DNA from: a virus
Length of the DNA: 64,000 bases
Virus record (IMG/VR): IMGVR_UViG_3300042519_001698
Reading direction: 5' to 3' (one strand)
Position numbers and translations under genes: made by a program. Below the pieces are notes generated by a model that was given only the letters and a program-made list of their open reading frames with translations, was not told where the DNA came from and ran no database searches. Below are positions 17,401-28,171 of this stretch, piece after piece (the first letter of the stretch is position 1; each line of letters starts with the position of its first letter).

Positions 17401-19214
17401 CTATCAAAATAATCTTCACCATATGTATAATCTTTTGGTTTAGTTTTAATTGTTTTAGTGTAACCCGTTAATATTGAATTGTCTTTGTCAACAACCATTG
17501 TTGATCTGTGATTCAAAGTTAAATCATACCAACCCGCACCTTTTTGGAAGAATATATCGTCAGTTAAATTAGTTACTTTTCTTGGTAAGTTATTTTCATC
17601 AATCGGATATTCATCTGAACTTAAATTTGTTGTTCCTGTAATAGATTGTGTGTTGTATGTTATACCTGTTGCACTTTCAGTAACACTTGTAACTTGTGTT
17701 GTTACCTTTAAACCATTTATTAAATCGTAAACATCGTTACCTAATACACTTTGTACTTTTGGTACTGAGGATACTTCATAAATGTATTCGTTAATTTTAA
17801 TCATTGGTTCAGGAGCTCCCAAGAATTTTAAAAAGAATTCTAAAGACGCTCTAGTACCTTTTGATTTATAAATGTGTGCTAAATTAACTAATAATCTTCT
17901 ATAGAATTCATGTTCAGCATCAACCAATGTATGTCCGACAGTTAACCCCGCATATTGTGTGTCGGTTCTTGTATACAATGTATCATTCAATGATTTTTCA
18001 TCAAATAGATTAACAGTATCTAAACCTAATGTGTTCGCTAAATTTTTTAATAATAAATCAGGTATGTTATTAATACTATCATAACTTACATTTCTCATGT
18101 ATGCAATGTTATCTATATATTTTTTTACCCTATCAAAACTTTGTCCGTATAATTGAAAAAGGGATTGAACCTTTTGGTCTTCAGTATCAAATTCAAATAA
18201 TTGTGGTGCAGATAAAAATCTAACAACTAAATTGGATTTATAATCGTCAATCTCATCACCAATACCACTTAACCTTTCAATGTATTGTTCATAACCAAGT
18301 CCGACAATCTGAATGTTCCATCCATCTTTAGAAATTGGCCATGTTACATCAAAATTACTAATTTCAGTTTTTGAACCATCTAAACTTGTATTTGGAACTT
18401 TAAATGTTGCAGTATAAATTGGTGAGGATGTTCTATCAATTAATAATGTTTGAATTTCATCTAAATTATTAAAGAATTCTTCAATGATTGAATCTTTTGG
18501 TTTGATAAATGCGTTTACTTCTGCGTTTAAAAGATTACCAAAAGGATTTCCTGTAACGATTAATTTAATTTCATTATCACTATTAGGTTCCGTGTATCCG
18601 ATAATTGGATAAACGTTTCCATCATATTCTATTACATATTTTTTATATGATGAATAAAAATTTCTTAGTGGATTTGAACTTGTTGGTATTGTGTTACTTT
18701 TAGGTTGTTGAATAACAATATCTAAAGGATTGTAAATTATATTCTTATTTACATAAAATGTGGTATTCTTTAAAATTGAATTGTATGAAATGTTTTTAAT
18801 CGTGTTTGCATCAATTCTTGATGGACTATCCTTATCAATTAACATCCCACTAGGAAATCTACTAATAATATCGTTAACCGAAATTTCTAATCTAAGTTTT
18901 AAAGAACCAAATAAAGATTTACCAGCGTCATTAATTCCACCTCTAAATTTTATCTTTTCTTTTTTAATGATGGTACCCATACCATCTTCCGAAACTGTTA
19001 AATCAGTTTCTTCTTTTAAGGTATCTAATGTTAAAAAATCTGAAAATGGTGAAGTCTTGAATTTTTTCGCGTCTCTTTCAGGAATGACTTTATCAAGTGT
19101 AAAGTTTTCATTGGTCAAATTACCTAAGGTTCTTTGATTACCAACTAAACTATCACTAAAAGTTTCAGCTCCCGATGCTGCTTGACTTGGTACAATTCTT
19201 TTAACTACTGCCAT
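14196..19214 (-). CDS. Baseplate wedge-like protein (P2 gpI/T4 gp7-like core) with variable C-terminal adhesin modules
   Basis: RRLLVNLAHIYKSKGTRASLEFFL motif, then a Thr-Pro tract, a Calx-beta-like domain (EDQLTEGTEKF), a SprB-like repeat and Cys modules. Confidence 0.7.
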   Translation of the reverse strand: MAVVKRIVPSQAASGAETFSDSLVGNQRTLGNLTNENFTLDKVIPERDAKKFKTSPFSDFLTLDTLKEETDLTVSEDGMGTIIKKEKIKFRGGINDAGKSLFGSLKLRLEISVNDIISRFPSGMLIDKDSPSRIDANTIKNISYNSILKNTTFYVNKNIIYNPLDIVIQQPKSNTIPTSSNPLRNFYSSYKKYVIEYDGNVYPIIGYTEPNSDNEIKLIVTGNPFGNLLNAEVNAFIKPKDSIIEEFFNNLDEIQTLLIDRTSSPIYTATFKVPNTSLDGSKTEISNFDVTWPISKDGWNIQIVGLGYEQYIERLSGIGDEIDDYKSNLVVRFLSAPQLFEFDTEDQKVQSLFQLYGQSFDRVKKYIDNIAYMRNVSYDSINNIPDLLLKNLANTLGLDTVNLFDEKSLNDTLYTRTDTQYAGLTVGHTLVDAEHEFYRRLLVNLAHIYKSKGTRASLEFFLKFLGAPEPMIKINEYIYEVSSVPKVQSVLGNDVYDLINGLKVTTQVTSVTESATGITYNTQSITGTTNLSSDEYPIDENNLPRKVTNLTDDIFFQKGAGWYDLTLNHRSTMVVDKDNSILTGYTKTIKTKPKDYTYGEDYFDSFRNLQGLGYGFELDSKIDNKQINNSTTSDSKLILNRKNLNVNLSASRAIDYDIWRQSRNLGIDFGSATLYSQTGYTFAEYLDTVLNQTIKNSNVIKYKNNYIVLQDIYDDYMNQVNNTGYTPYNFISANEFIEKMSPYWTSVIDQFVPSTSLWTGGNLIENNIFQRSKYKYKKPCQIYEFLEPAFPTPAEGNRHFQEEIFQFQFYFSQDDDLNYDGYLQFFPIFEIDGITYSGSTDPVFIPIPLNSEYGYNAPYMGVSTNNTNIISFENVPTPTPTLTKKLLFDPENYEAIQGYTGTTYALLSGTTTTNFSAKLYKGNGTNDFEPDYNKLRLLWREAIIDTVNYINFYSGYTTDGINGFKGTTHSGGTNTITRLPRISCEFLPFVGGIDGDEYVKFKSYKYGPHSCTVDKSFEFKVGYGAIAIDPTPTPTPTQTPTQTQTPTQTPTQTQTPTQTPTQTQTPTQTQTQTPTQTLACYMTGNAVYSAVPLITQSPTPTQTQTPTQTPTPTTYYRYFKVERCDDPTIVKYTVTYNTSDFTYGNRVYWGDADITYVIVDTFDPAIDTPPVSSSELIQITRSLDPDNGQPLNDCEEATPVVYRTARVFAWSTASGPTLTDIKTAACGENPSGLPVGYVSLSQNGSESLYVSDPAITSVTPSTIYTLYDANIGGSVVNGGDKYYAILIYGGGNVFQYVAYITTAGQIQDWSECTTTPPSTPSYGISVSPSSSDDGGGSFTTTVTAANISFPQTLYITILSTTGTVNLSDFQNNFPSTISLTYSGEEYSFSLAEDQLTEGTEKFKLELRSGSASGTVLSTSSEITITDGSLDIYYYTLAPCAGGTNLYSTGYEQGTYDSGDIVEGSSETYYVIAGSSTIDPGGNKISVTLANITICPEVEPPPPPPAALDFNITGGCLGGSGTGTISIGSFDGGTNSYSSVRIGDSLQNAGMSTPIDLTGEISYYWNNLANGTWYVLLYDSSNSVKTKSVTISCTTPPPPDPSPEPVYTYDCINGNCTAVQGYGGTYSNLEACQADCTEPSYTYYCKEPDGFCQAQVDPCSGTQIECGESEQPS
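15873..16127 (-). repeat. Thr-Pro-Thr-Gln low-complexity coding repeat
   Basis: (TPTQ/TQTP)n with degenerate third codon positions, interrupted once by LACYMTGNAVYSAVPLI. Confidence 0.9.
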
Positions 19215-20140
19215 TACGCTTTGATATTATCCAAGTTTAAAGTCTCATCTATATTATCTCTCTCTTCACGTACCTCATATAATGTATCATTAAATTGGTC
19301 TTTAATTTCGTAAAGGTTGAATTGTTTGTAGATGTTATTATCTTTATCGTAGATTGTGTAAATACCCGGAGTAATTGCTTTAGTTTGATTACCATAAAGA
19401 GCATTTGCTAATGTTGATGAATCATGTTCAACCATTTCAACTTCAACCGTTGTTGGGTTGAAGAATGTATTTGAAATAATAATACTTTGTCCTGGTGCTC
19501 CGATATATGGGACCACATTTGGTCTACTCGATGGTGATGATGAGGGTGTTACTGTCATAAAAACCAAATTTGAACTTTGGTCTGTGTATTGATATCTAAC
19601 CGCCTTATCTGTTGAATTTGTTAAATTTGCAACTATTGGTGTGCAATAAAATGACGATGTGACCATTCTATAAAAGTTTGGTATTTTCTGAAATGTTCCG
19701 TCATTATTAATATATTCAATTCTATATCCAACCATTCCTTGTGGAACAAATTTTCCTCTGAATTCTGTCGGTACATTGTTTAAATCTATAACCAAACCTC
19801 TAACTGATGGAAGTGACGCTAAAACTCCACAATCCATAATAGATGTTCTGATTTGTTTAGGTCTTAAATGAAGAGTGTAAACTCCTAAATTTGAAAACAT
19901 GTCGGATGATAATTTTAAATTATATAATCCTCCAAGAATTTCTTTTCCTGTTGCTGTTTTACCAACTGATGAATCTGTATTTGTATTGTGATACACAGGA
20001 GTTAAAACCGTTGCTGAATCTAATTTTGTTAACGTAACAGTGGCGTCCGTCGTCCTACCTGATACATAATGATATAAGATTTCAACGTCTGCTGGTGAAA
20101 CGTCCGCGGGTCTAATTATACCATAACTTCCTACTGCCAT
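19214..20140 (-). CDS. Putative virion structural protein
   Basis: Beta-rich 308 aa ORF with a TATTTATA motif upstream; its stop overlaps the next start. Confidence 0.7.
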   Translation of the reverse strand: MAVGSYGIIRPADVSPADVEILYHYVSGRTTDATVTLTKLDSATVLTPVYHNTNTDSSVGKTATGKEILGGLYNLKLSSDMFSNLGVYTLHLRPKQIRTSIMDCGVLASLPSVRGLVIDLNNVPTEFRGKFVPQGMVGYRIEYINNDGTFQKIPNFYRMVTSSFYCTPIVANLTNSTDKAVRYQYTDQSSNLVFMTVTPSSSPSSRPNVVPYIGAPGQSIIISNTFFNPTTVEVEMVEHDSSTLANALYGNQTKAITPGIYTIYDKDNNIYKQFNLYEIKDQFNDTLYEVREERDNIDETLNLDNIKA

Positions 20141-20150
20141 ATCTTTTTAT

Positions 20151-20158
20151 TATAAATA
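20151..20158 (-). promoter_or_regulatory. TATTTATA putative late-promoter motif
   Basis: 10 nt upstream of the ATG at 20140. Confidence 0.55.
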
Positions 20159-20164
20159 TAATTT

Positions 20165-20746
20165 TTATTGTTTTCTAACCTTAAAAAATCCATTTCCATA
20201 GATTGATAATTCACCGAGGTTGTCAATTTCAGTTAATCTTAGGTTTTTCTCACTTACACCTTGTTTACCTCTGTCCACAAAAATGTCAGAATAAACTCTC
20301 GGTTCTTCTATAAATCCTAAAAAATGTTCATTTCTTGTTAGTACCTGTTGAAAAACTTCTTCTTTGGTGTATCCCGAAGTGTTTCCCGCTATTTCTGTAA
20401 ATCCGTCAGCCCTATCTCGATAATATAGTGTTGCATTTGTATTTGACCCCGTATATGTAAATGTGTAACCTGTATAAGCTACACCATCTTCCGTATTACC
20501 GTATGTAAAAGTGGAACTATCATATCCCGAACTTGTACCATATTTTCTTTTTTCATCCAATCTACTTGTACCTATCCCAATGTAACTAATTGTTGTATTT
20601 CCAGTATATGGATAAGTAGGTAAAGTATTACCTGTTCTGATTTGATACTCTAAATCAAATTCATATCCTTGATTTATCGTTTTACCCGTTGGGGGTATTA
20701 AATAATCAGGAACATTTATGGTTAAGGAACCAATTGGGATGGGCAT
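20165..20746 (-). CDS. Putative virion structural protein
   Basis: 193 aa, T/G/Y-rich (YTGNT, YTGYT, YTGSN, TSGYT). Confidence 0.7.
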   Translation of the reverse strand: MPIPIGSLTINVPDYLIPPTGKTINQGYEFDLEYQIRTGNTLPTYPYTGNTTISYIGIGTSRLDEKRKYGTSSGYDSSTFTYGNTEDGVAYTGYTFTYTGSNTNATLYYRDRADGFTEIAGNTSGYTKEEVFQQVLTRNEHFLGFIEEPRVYSDIFVDRGKQGVSEKNLRLTEIDNLGELSIYGNGFFKVRKQ

Positions 20747-20830
20747 AAATAAAATTGTTTACACTAGTAAATATCTTTATAAGACTTTATTAATATAAAT
20801 AATTTTTAAAAATTAGGAAAGGTTAAAAAA

Positions 20831-21604
20831 TTATGCATTTCCATTTGCATCCCACCAAAATTCAAAGAATGCAAAATTACCCGACATGGTCCATGTGATT
20901 TTATATTTACTCACATTTGGACCGGGTTCCAATGCTGTAATTCCAGGTATTTGTGTTGCTCTAATTCTAAAATGTTGACCATCACCATTAGAGATATCAT
21001 TAGTTATTACAGGATTTGCTAAAGGACCTTGGGAAAAGTATCCAGGGATTCCATATCCATTTGAATCAAGTGTAGATACATGTTCTATTATAAAACCAGA
21101 TAATGGATAATCTTCATAGTAACCCAAGTTTCCAAAAGGTAATGTTGTAAATGACGCAATGTCTTGATAGGACGAATTTGTAACAACATCTCCACCTCCT
21201 ATGAAATCATACATGATTATTGCATTACTCGATATACTTGTTTGTTCACTAATTACACCGTTTGAACTTGGGTTATACACCGATAATGCACTTGATAAAA
21301 TTTGGTCAACATCTGATGTGTGACAACTACTATCTGAAGTCGTAACTAATGCATAATCCATAGGTGTGATACCAGTAATTCCGTAGTATGGTGATACCGT
21401 TAAACTACCCCCATTAAATGTTGAGGTTGCGGTTCTTGATAAACCAGTTGTGACTGTTCTAGTATTTCCCGTAGTAATACTACCAGTGTCCCATCTTGCA
21501 ATTTGAACAGTGAAATTATCGGGTCCGGCTGAACCGGCAGATGTTAACTGTATTGTAACATCCGACGTTAATTCTGTTACTTGTCCTATTAGTCCTTGTG
21601 GCAT
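20831..21604 (-). CDS. Putative virion protein with N-terminal anchor-like module
   Basis: 257 aa; VTIQLTSAGSAGPDNFTV resembles the N-termini of 13159..14175 and 28172..30028. Confidence 0.7.
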   Translation of the reverse strand: MPQGLIGQVTELTSDVTIQLTSAGSAGPDNFTVQIARWDTGSITTGNTRTVTTGLSRTATSTFNGGSLTVSPYYGITGITPMDYALVTTSDSSCHTSDVDQILSSALSVYNPSSNGVISEQTSISSNAIIMYDFIGGGDVVTNSSYQDIASFTTLPFGNLGYYEDYPLSGFIIEHVSTLDSNGYGIPGYFSQGPLANPVITNDISNGDGQHFRIRATQIPGITALEPGPNVSKYKITWTMSGNFAFFEFWWDANGNA

Positions 21605-21615
21605 AATCTTTTATT

Positions 21616-21623
21616 TATAAATA
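21616..21623 (-). promoter_or_regulatory. TATTTATA putative late-promoter motif
   Basis: 11 nt upstream of the ATG at 21604; part of the palindrome TATTTATAAATA. Confidence 0.55.
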
Positions 21624-21655
21624 TATCTTTATTTTGTTTCATTTTAAATCCTATT

Positions 21656-24600
21656 TTATGGCGTTGGTCCACCACCACATAATCCATAATGTGCTATTGT
21701 TCCACCCAGAATTCTTCCGTACACTGATCCATCGGTGTAATAACCTACACCCGAATAAATTGTATCACCTGAACCGTCACTAAACGCTTGATATCCATCT
21801 GTAAATCCTCCCGTTTCTGTATATATTGTAATATCCATCATTGCTCCATTAGCAAAGTTGTAACATGCACTACCAAAATCTTCAGTTCCGCCAATTTGAC
21901 CTGAACGTAAATAAACCGGATATAATGTTAATGGAGGTGCTGGACAAGTTACTTGATGTTCAATCGTAGTGGTAACACATCCGTTTGCATCTGTCACATG
22001 TAACCAATAATAACCACAAGCTAATCCTGTGACACTAATAGACGGTGAACCTGATGTTACATCTGTGTATATTGCGACTAAGTTATCAGTTGGGTAATCA
22101 TTATATGGTGATGCACTATCTTTATATAACCTATATGTTTTATTCCAAACCCCACCACTAGATGATATTGTTAATGAACCATTATCTCCACTTGTTGCTC
22201 CCACAACACTAGTTATTGATGACGATTGTGATGATGGTTGCGAAATATATTGTGGATATGAAATAGTACAACCTAAGGTGTCTCTAACAGTTATTGAGTA
22301 ATCACCAGCGGACAAATTAGAATACGTTTGTGGGAAGGATTCATATGTTGATCCTCCATCAATTGAAACAGTATATGCTCCACTATTACCTCCAAGTGGG
22401 TTAAGTACCGAAATTGATCCCTGTCCTCCATAACATAGTGGATCTACCACATTTATTGTACAACTTGGTGCTGTTTTTCTAAAATCAACAGATACACCTG
22501 TTGTAGAAACCGAACCATTACCATCTTTCGCTTCAAAATAATATAAAGCAGTACCTAAATTAAAGAACGTAACTTGTGATTGCCAATTTCCACCATCAAC
22601 ACGATATTCATAACCACTACCCGAACCACCAGCCGCAGATAATGTTACACTAGCGTTTGTACTATTATAACATGTTGGGTAATTTAATAAGGTTAGTGAA
22701 ACCGTAACACCAGCTAATGAATTACTAGGTGTTTGTGTCTGAGTCGGTGTCTGTGTCTGTGTTGGTGTATTTGTTGGTGTTTGAGTTGGGCAAGTAACAC
22801 AATCTCCGTAAGCTAATCCGTAAAACTCTCCCCCATTATAAGGTAATCCTATAGAAAATTCTCTAACAATTTCACTTCCCTGTAATTTTAACCAAACATA
22901 GTTATTACCGTTTGGACCAAATGTCATATTAATTAAACTACTACTAAGTTTAATGTTTGCATCACAGAAACTTGAACCAGCAGTTCTACTATTGGTAATA
23001 GTAAATGTATCCACAGGAATTGCTCCGGTTTGATAACATACTTCACTCATACTATTAACACTATACGATGCAACAAATGTTCCGAAAGGTGTTGGTGTTG
23101 GGGTCCTTGTTGGTGTTGGTGTTTGAGTCCGTGTTGGTGTTTGAGTCGGTGTACCTGTTTGACTAGGTGTTTGTGTCTGACTAGGTGTCTGAGTCTGAGT
23201 CGGAGTTTGACTAGGTGTTTGAGTTTGTGTTGGTGTCTGAGTCTGAGTTGGTGTTTGAGTAGGTGTACCAGTCTGAGTAGGTGTTGGGGTTTGAGTAGGT
23301 GTTGGGGTTTGAGTTGGTGTACCTGTTTGAGTTTGTGTTGGTGTGTTAGTTGGTGTTGCACTAGGTGCTATGGTTACAACATTGATGTTGAAGTTACAAT
23401 TGATTGTAGGTGTAGGTGTTTGTGTTAAAGTTTGAGTTGGCGTTGGCGTTTGTGTTTCAGTTTGTGTAGGGGTTTGTGTTGGCGTTTGAGTAGGTGTCTC
23501 AGTTTGTGTCTGAGTTTGAGTTTGTGTTGGTGTATTAGTTGGCGTTTCTGTGTTAGTCGGCGTCTGAGTCTGAGTAGGTGTAATTGTATTAGTAGGTGTG
23601 TTAGTTGGAGTTGCACTAGGTTCTATGGTCACAACACTAATGTTGAAATCACAATTAATTGTTGGTGTTGGGGTCTGTGTTGGTGTTTGTGTAGGTGTAC
23701 CTGTTGGTGTCTCAGTTTGTGTAGGAGTTGGGGTTGGAGTTTCAGTCTGAGTCGGTGTTTGTGTCTGAGTCGGAGTTTGAGTCGGCGTTTCAGTTTGTGT
23801 TGGTGTATTAGTTTGTGTAGGTGTGTTAGTTGGTGTTGATGATGGTTCAATTGTAATTACGTTAATATTGAACTCACAATTGATTGTTGGAGTAGGTGTT
23901 TGGGTTGGTGTTTGTGTTGGTGTGTTAGTCGGAGTTTCAGTATTGGTTGGTGTAGGTGTTGGGGTCTCAGTTTGAGTTGGTGTTTGAGTTGGTGTTTCTG
24001 TATTAGTAGGTGTAGGTGTTGGGGTAGGTAATGTATAACAATCACCATAATTTAATACTCTAATTGAAGCAATAAGATATTCATGTTCTACTGATTGAGA
24101 ACTCATTAATGTACCATGTACTATTGGTGTTGTTAATGTGAAAATCCCCTCTGAAACAAATTCATATTGTATTATATTATCAGTATTCTCATATTGAATA
24201 TAACCATACGAATCAACTATGTATAAAGTATTTTCATAATAATCACAATCGATTGGTGCGATACATCCAATAAAATCACCACCACTAAATGTTATTTTTT
24301 CATATGGATTGGTTGATGTTATTGATATTGTTACATCGGTTACATCATTATATTGAAGTAATGGTAATTCTACAAATTTTTCATACTCCTGAGATAACAT
24401 TGTTACGGTTGTGGATGAATATAAACCACTAGCGATGTAAATGTTTGCGGTAAATATTACACCAACAAAGGTTGCGGTTGGGTCACCATTACCATTTCTT
24501 GTTTTAAAATTAACACCATTTGAACTTATCGTACTACATATTTCTTCATAATCAATGTAAACAGTATGTGGTCTATTATATTTAAAAATTGTACTCTCAA

Positions 24601-27600
24601 ATGGAAATATTTCCCTGTACAAACCTTCATCCGCTTCAGTGTATGAATACGAACTTGTGTTATCATCATATAAATAAAAAGTCTCTTTTGTAGATAGGTC
24701 ATCAATAAATCCTCTTACAATATATTCACTATTATAAAAATTACTTGTGTTCCAATTTGTTATTAATCCATTTAAATCGTTATAAACATTTAACTGTAAA
24801 TTTGATTGGTCATATGAAGTTAAAAACCATCCACTGGTGTATGTTAGTCCTGTTGTAATAATATTTACAGTTCCACTATCTTCGGATATTGCCGTTGAAT
24901 CACCACTATTGACCAATGTTATTATGTCACTTACAATACCGTCTGTTGTTTTATAAAATTTTCTATAATTTGTTCCGTCACTTATTGAATAATATCCATT
25001 TAAAACTGTCGAGTCTCCGTCAATGTCGTAATATAATTTTTTACCTTGTACAATACCTAATCCATCCGCATCATTGTAATGTATTTCAAATACGTTTGGT
25101 TTATTTTCCACTTTTAATTCGTGTGTAAAATATGTACTTATTACTTTATTACCCGGTTTATCTTGATATGAATATAGTGTATCTTGTGTATTTCCCGTAA
25201 TTGATTCTAAATACGATTGTACTTTGTCATTAGCATCAGCTTCGGATATGTCAGAAACTATAAACCCATCGGGTATTGTTATGTTAATTGGTATTGGGTT
25301 ATTTAATTCTCCAATAACGTTATTTGTTTGTATAATAGTATAAGTGGTTGCAGAACTTGTATATGATGTTCCAGTTGAGTATGATTCTGGTTTACCTGCA
25401 ATATAGAAAAGTAAAAATAAATCTGCAAAATTTGTTGTTACAATAGGTGCATTAGTATATGTTGGGTCACTGATTCTCATAATATCTATTGAAAATCTAC
25501 TAACATTTGGATTTTGTGTTGTGTCTAAGGCATATGACACGTATCTATTAGTTATAACTCCACTATTTGATACACTGTAAAAATATGCACCGTCACATAA
25601 TGTGGTATAATAACTTTCATATGGAGTATTACTATGCTCATTACCCGTAGACATGTCTGAGTGTTTATAAACCGTAACGTTTGTATTAAGATATGGTGTT
25701 GTCGTATATCTTTTTCTTAAAATTTTTAAAGGTAATTCTCTTCTTGTAATATTTTTTCCTAAAAATAAACCGACAAGTAATGCTATACCGGCAACAATGG
25801 CCCCTATAGGTCCCGCAACAAGAGCCCCTTTGGCCAATGAAAGAAGTGCATATCCTATACTATAACCAACCAAAAAATCTGCACCTCCTTGTTCAATAGG
25901 TTTATCTGAGATGAGATACTTTTCTGGAACACCAGAAGACAAAGCATAATTTTTTCCGTTTTTATAAATGGCATGTTCAAAACCATTTAACGGTATATGA
26001 GTTTCGTTTGAAAAATTATATGCTGTAAAATGTTCATTATTTGCTAAATAATTTGAACTATTTGAGTATCCTAAAAAATAGGAATATGTGCTCGGTACTC
26101 TTAAGCTACCTTGCGGAATTTTTTCACTTATGTGTCCAGTGGCTGGCCACGATAGTTCAATGGCGCTTATTGTTGCCCTATCATATGATGGATTTAATGA
26201 ATAATTTGTTGTATATGTATTATTTTGTGGTACATATGTCCAATCTTTTGGTCCATCAACTTTCGGTATTACTTTAGTACTTGCAAATAATCTACTTTTA
26301 AATTGATAATCTGTTTTTGTACCAAATTCTCTTTTTATATTTGAGCTACCTATTTTATACACCATGTTATTGTCATATAGTGCACCGTAGTAGTATGGTA
26401 ATGAGAAATAACTTAATAATGAGTTATTAAATACTCTATTATAGAATGTTTTACTTGTGGATGCATCCCAAGTGTTTATAGGAGATAAACTATAAAGATA
26501 TGTTTCAATTTTGGGATTTACTAATGAATCGTATGCCGAATATGGATGAACACCAACTTTATATTTATGAACTAAATCACCACAACCAACTGAAACATTT
26601 ATAGTAGTTGGAAATCCATTAGTACTTATTGCATCTTTTTTGTACGCAACAGAAACTCTAACGTGAATCATTCCACTATTTGTTACAAAATAATCTGTTC
26701 TATTTTGTACATTTAATATATATGGTAACTTATACAGGTTAGAATAATTTCCAACATTAAAAACTCCTTGATTGGCATCCCAAGTTTTTAAATACGATAT
26801 TTCACCTATTTTATTTAAATTGACCCCATCCCCAACAACATAATAAACTCCCTGATTATTCCCTGTAAATGAAACTGTTACCGGTACAAATTTATTTGGT
26901 GCATTTAATGAAAAAACAAAATCCCATGATGTGTATTTTAGTCCCGTATTTAAACTAATACCATTCATATCTTCCGAATGATTAAACGCATCTGGAAAAT
27001 ATGGATGTGTTTCTTTAGCGGTACTTGTTGTTAATTCTGTTGACCTACTATTTGGACTACATCCATACACACCAGACCCACCACCACAACTTCCAATTTC
27101 AAATCTATGTGTTGAAATATTATATGTTAATATAATTTTATTATCTCCCCCACCAATAAAATTAACTTTTGGGACATATATGTCCCCATTAGTAAGTTCA
27201 ATAGTTAAATTATCGTCAAGATAATATGGTGAATTTGTAAATGGTGCAACACTCCAACCTGGCACTTTTTCAGTGTATAATTTTATTGTTTGTGGACATT
27301 CATTACAATATGTTGCGGAATTAGAACCTGAAGTTCCTGATGAACCACTAGAACCTGAAGTTCCTGATGAACCACTATAACCAGTACAAAATTCTCCTGA
27401 TATAACTTCAGGGTCACAATCTAATTGAACTTTAAAACTTCCACTACTTCCTCCCGTTGTTCTAAATTCTACAGTAAAAATTACATCACTTTTATTCTCA
27501 TCATCTAATAAAACTTGTAAATATTTACTATAGGTTGAGGATAAGATACCTAATGGAATTTCAGAGATAACCGTGTCAATTCCGTTCTTTTTTTGTTTTA

Positions 27601-27856
27601 TGTAAACGGTGATATTTGCACCATTTGTTGTAACAGGAGTAAAATTAAATTTTAATAGTTTTTGAACAGTTGGTTTTACTATGACATATATTGGTCTTAA
27701 ATTTGTTAATTTAGAATAGACTAAATAAAAACTATTAGAACTTGAGTTATGTAATCCTGTATTTGCCCATGTAAATACCTTCTCAACACCACATTCGTGT
27801 GTTGATGGAGTATCACCTGGTATCGGTTCTGGACAATTAAAATTAAAATTACTCAT
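21656..27856 (-). CDS. Giant modular tail-fibre/adhesin-like protein (2066 aa)
   Basis: Contains a GSS/GTS repeat, a hydrophobic glycine-rich segment, a ~310 aa Thr-Pro tract, three SprB-like repeats (GG...Y...L..G.Y....D..GC) and Cys-bounded modules. Confidence 0.75.
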   Translation of the reverse strand: MSNFNFNCPEPIPGDTPSTHECGVEKVFTWANTGLHNSSSNSFYLVYSKLTNLRPIYVIVKPTVQKLLKFNFTPVTTNGANITVYIKQKKNGIDTVISEIPLGILSSTYSKYLQVLLDDENKSDVIFTVEFRTTGGSSGSFKVQLDCDPEVISGEFCTGYSGSSGTSGSSGSSGTSGSNSATYCNECPQTIKLYTEKVPGWSVAPFTNSPYYLDDNLTIELTNGDIYVPKVNFIGGGDNKIILTYNISTHRFEIGSCGGGSGVYGCSPNSRSTELTTSTAKETHPYFPDAFNHSEDMNGISLNTGLKYTSWDFVFSLNAPNKFVPVTVSFTGNNQGVYYVVGDGVNLNKIGEISYLKTWDANQGVFNVGNYSNLYKLPYILNVQNRTDYFVTNSGMIHVRVSVAYKKDAISTNGFPTTINVSVGCGDLVHKYKVGVHPYSAYDSLVNPKIETYLYSLSPINTWDASTSKTFYNRVFNNSLLSYFSLPYYYGALYDNNMVYKIGSSNIKREFGTKTDYQFKSRLFASTKVIPKVDGPKDWTYVPQNNTYTTNYSLNPSYDRATISAIELSWPATGHISEKIPQGSLRVPSTYSYFLGYSNSSNYLANNEHFTAYNFSNETHIPLNGFEHAIYKNGKNYALSSGVPEKYLISDKPIEQGGADFLVGYSIGYALLSLAKGALVAGPIGAIVAGIALLVGLFLGKNITRRELPLKILRKRYTTTPYLNTNVTVYKHSDMSTGNEHSNTPYESYYTTLCDGAYFYSVSNSGVITNRYVSYALDTTQNPNVSRFSIDIMRISDPTYTNAPIVTTNFADLFLLFYIAGKPESYSTGTSYTSSATTYTIIQTNNVIGELNNPIPINITIPDGFIVSDISEADANDKVQSYLESITGNTQDTLYSYQDKPGNKVISTYFTHELKVENKPNVFEIHYNDADGLGIVQGKKLYYDIDGDSTVLNGYYSISDGTNYRKFYKTTDGIVSDIITLVNSGDSTAISEDSGTVNIITTGLTYTSGWFLTSYDQSNLQLNVYNDLNGLITNWNTSNFYNSEYIVRGFIDDLSTKETFYLYDDNTSSYSYTEADEGLYREIFPFESTIFKYNRPHTVYIDYEEICSTISSNGVNFKTRNGNGDPTATFVGVIFTANIYIASGLYSSTTVTMLSQEYEKFVELPLLQYNDVTDVTISITSTNPYEKITFSGGDFIGCIAPIDCDYYENTLYIVDSYGYIQYENTDNIIQYEFVSEGIFTLTTPIVHGTLMSSQSVEHEYLIASIRVLNYGDCYTLPTPTPTPTNTETPTQTPTQTETPTPTPTNTETPTNTPTQTPTQTPTPTINCEFNINVITIEPSSTPTNTPTQTNTPTQTETPTQTPTQTQTPTQTETPTPTPTQTETPTGTPTQTPTQTPTPTINCDFNISVVTIEPSATPTNTPTNTITPTQTQTPTNTETPTNTPTQTQTQTQTETPTQTPTQTPTQTETQTPTPTQTLTQTPTPTINCNFNINVVTIAPSATPTNTPTQTQTGTPTQTPTPTQTPTPTQTGTPTQTPTQTQTPTQTQTPSQTPTQTQTPSQTQTPSQTGTPTQTPTRTQTPTPTRTPTPTPFGTFVASYSVNSMSEVCYQTGAIPVDTFTITNSRTAGSSFCDANIKLSSSLINMTFGPNGNNYVWLKLQGSEIVREFSIGLPYNGGEFYGLAYGDCVTCPTQTPTNTPTQTQTPTQTQTPSNSLAGVTVSLTLLNYPTCYNSTNASVTLSAAGGSGSGYEYRVDGGNWQSQVTFFNLGTALYYFEAKDGNGSVSTTGVSVDFRKTAPSCTINVVDPLCYGGQGSISVLNPLGGNSGAYTVSIDGGSTYESFPQTYSNLSAGDYSITVRDTLGCTISYPQYISQPSSQSSSITSVVGATSGDNGSLTISSSGGVWNKTYRLYKDSASPYNDYPTDNLVAIYTDVTSGSPSISVTGLACGYYWLHVTDANGCVTTTIEHQVTCPAPPLTLYPVYLRSGQIGGTEDFGSACYNFANGAMMDITIYTETGGFTDGYQAFSDGSGDTIYSGVGYYTDGSVYGRILGGTIAHYGLCGGGPTP
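23087..24028 (-). repeat. Thr-Pro coding repeat with three INCxFNIxVxTIxPS spacers
   Basis: Read directly from the translation. Confidence 0.9.
27322..27377. repeat. 27-bp tandem repeat x2 encoding SGSSGTSGS
   Basis: TAGAACCTGAAGTTCCTGATGAACCAC twice; shares a core with the 18-bp repeat at 33983. Confidence 0.9.
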
Positions 27857-27865
27857 TTTCTATTG

Positions 27866-28159
27866 TTAAAATATTTTTAACCCATATATGGTTGACATAG
27901 TGCTGGGTATGTGTGTTAATTTTACTGTTTCAATTATGGTTGTTAAACTTGGGGTTCTGTTGTATTTTTTTACAAACAATTCCTTTTTACTACTATAGTT
28001 AAATATCATAATATTAATATCCTCGGTTTGACTAGGGTCCAAATAAAAGTTTACATTAAATGTTCCGTAAGTGTTTTGAACATTAAACCAAATAATTTTA
28101 GAGACCCTACCAAAAGGTACACTAAAAGATACGCTAGGAATGTTAGTATATGTACTCAT
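27866..28159 (-). CDS. Small hypothetical (probable structural) protein
   Basis: 97 aa ORF tiling between two fibre-like genes. Confidence 0.65.
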   Translation of the reverse strand: MSTYTNIPSVSFSVPFGRVSKIIWFNVQNTYGTFNVNFYLDPSQTEDINIMIFNYSSKKELFVKKYNRTPSLTTIIETVKLTHIPSTMSTIYGLKIF

Positions 28160-28171
28160 TTTTTATATTTT

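Noticed and set aside
20801-20814. 14-bp palindrome AATTTTTAAAAATT
   Set aside because: It is A/T only, so it is expected by chance at this base composition.
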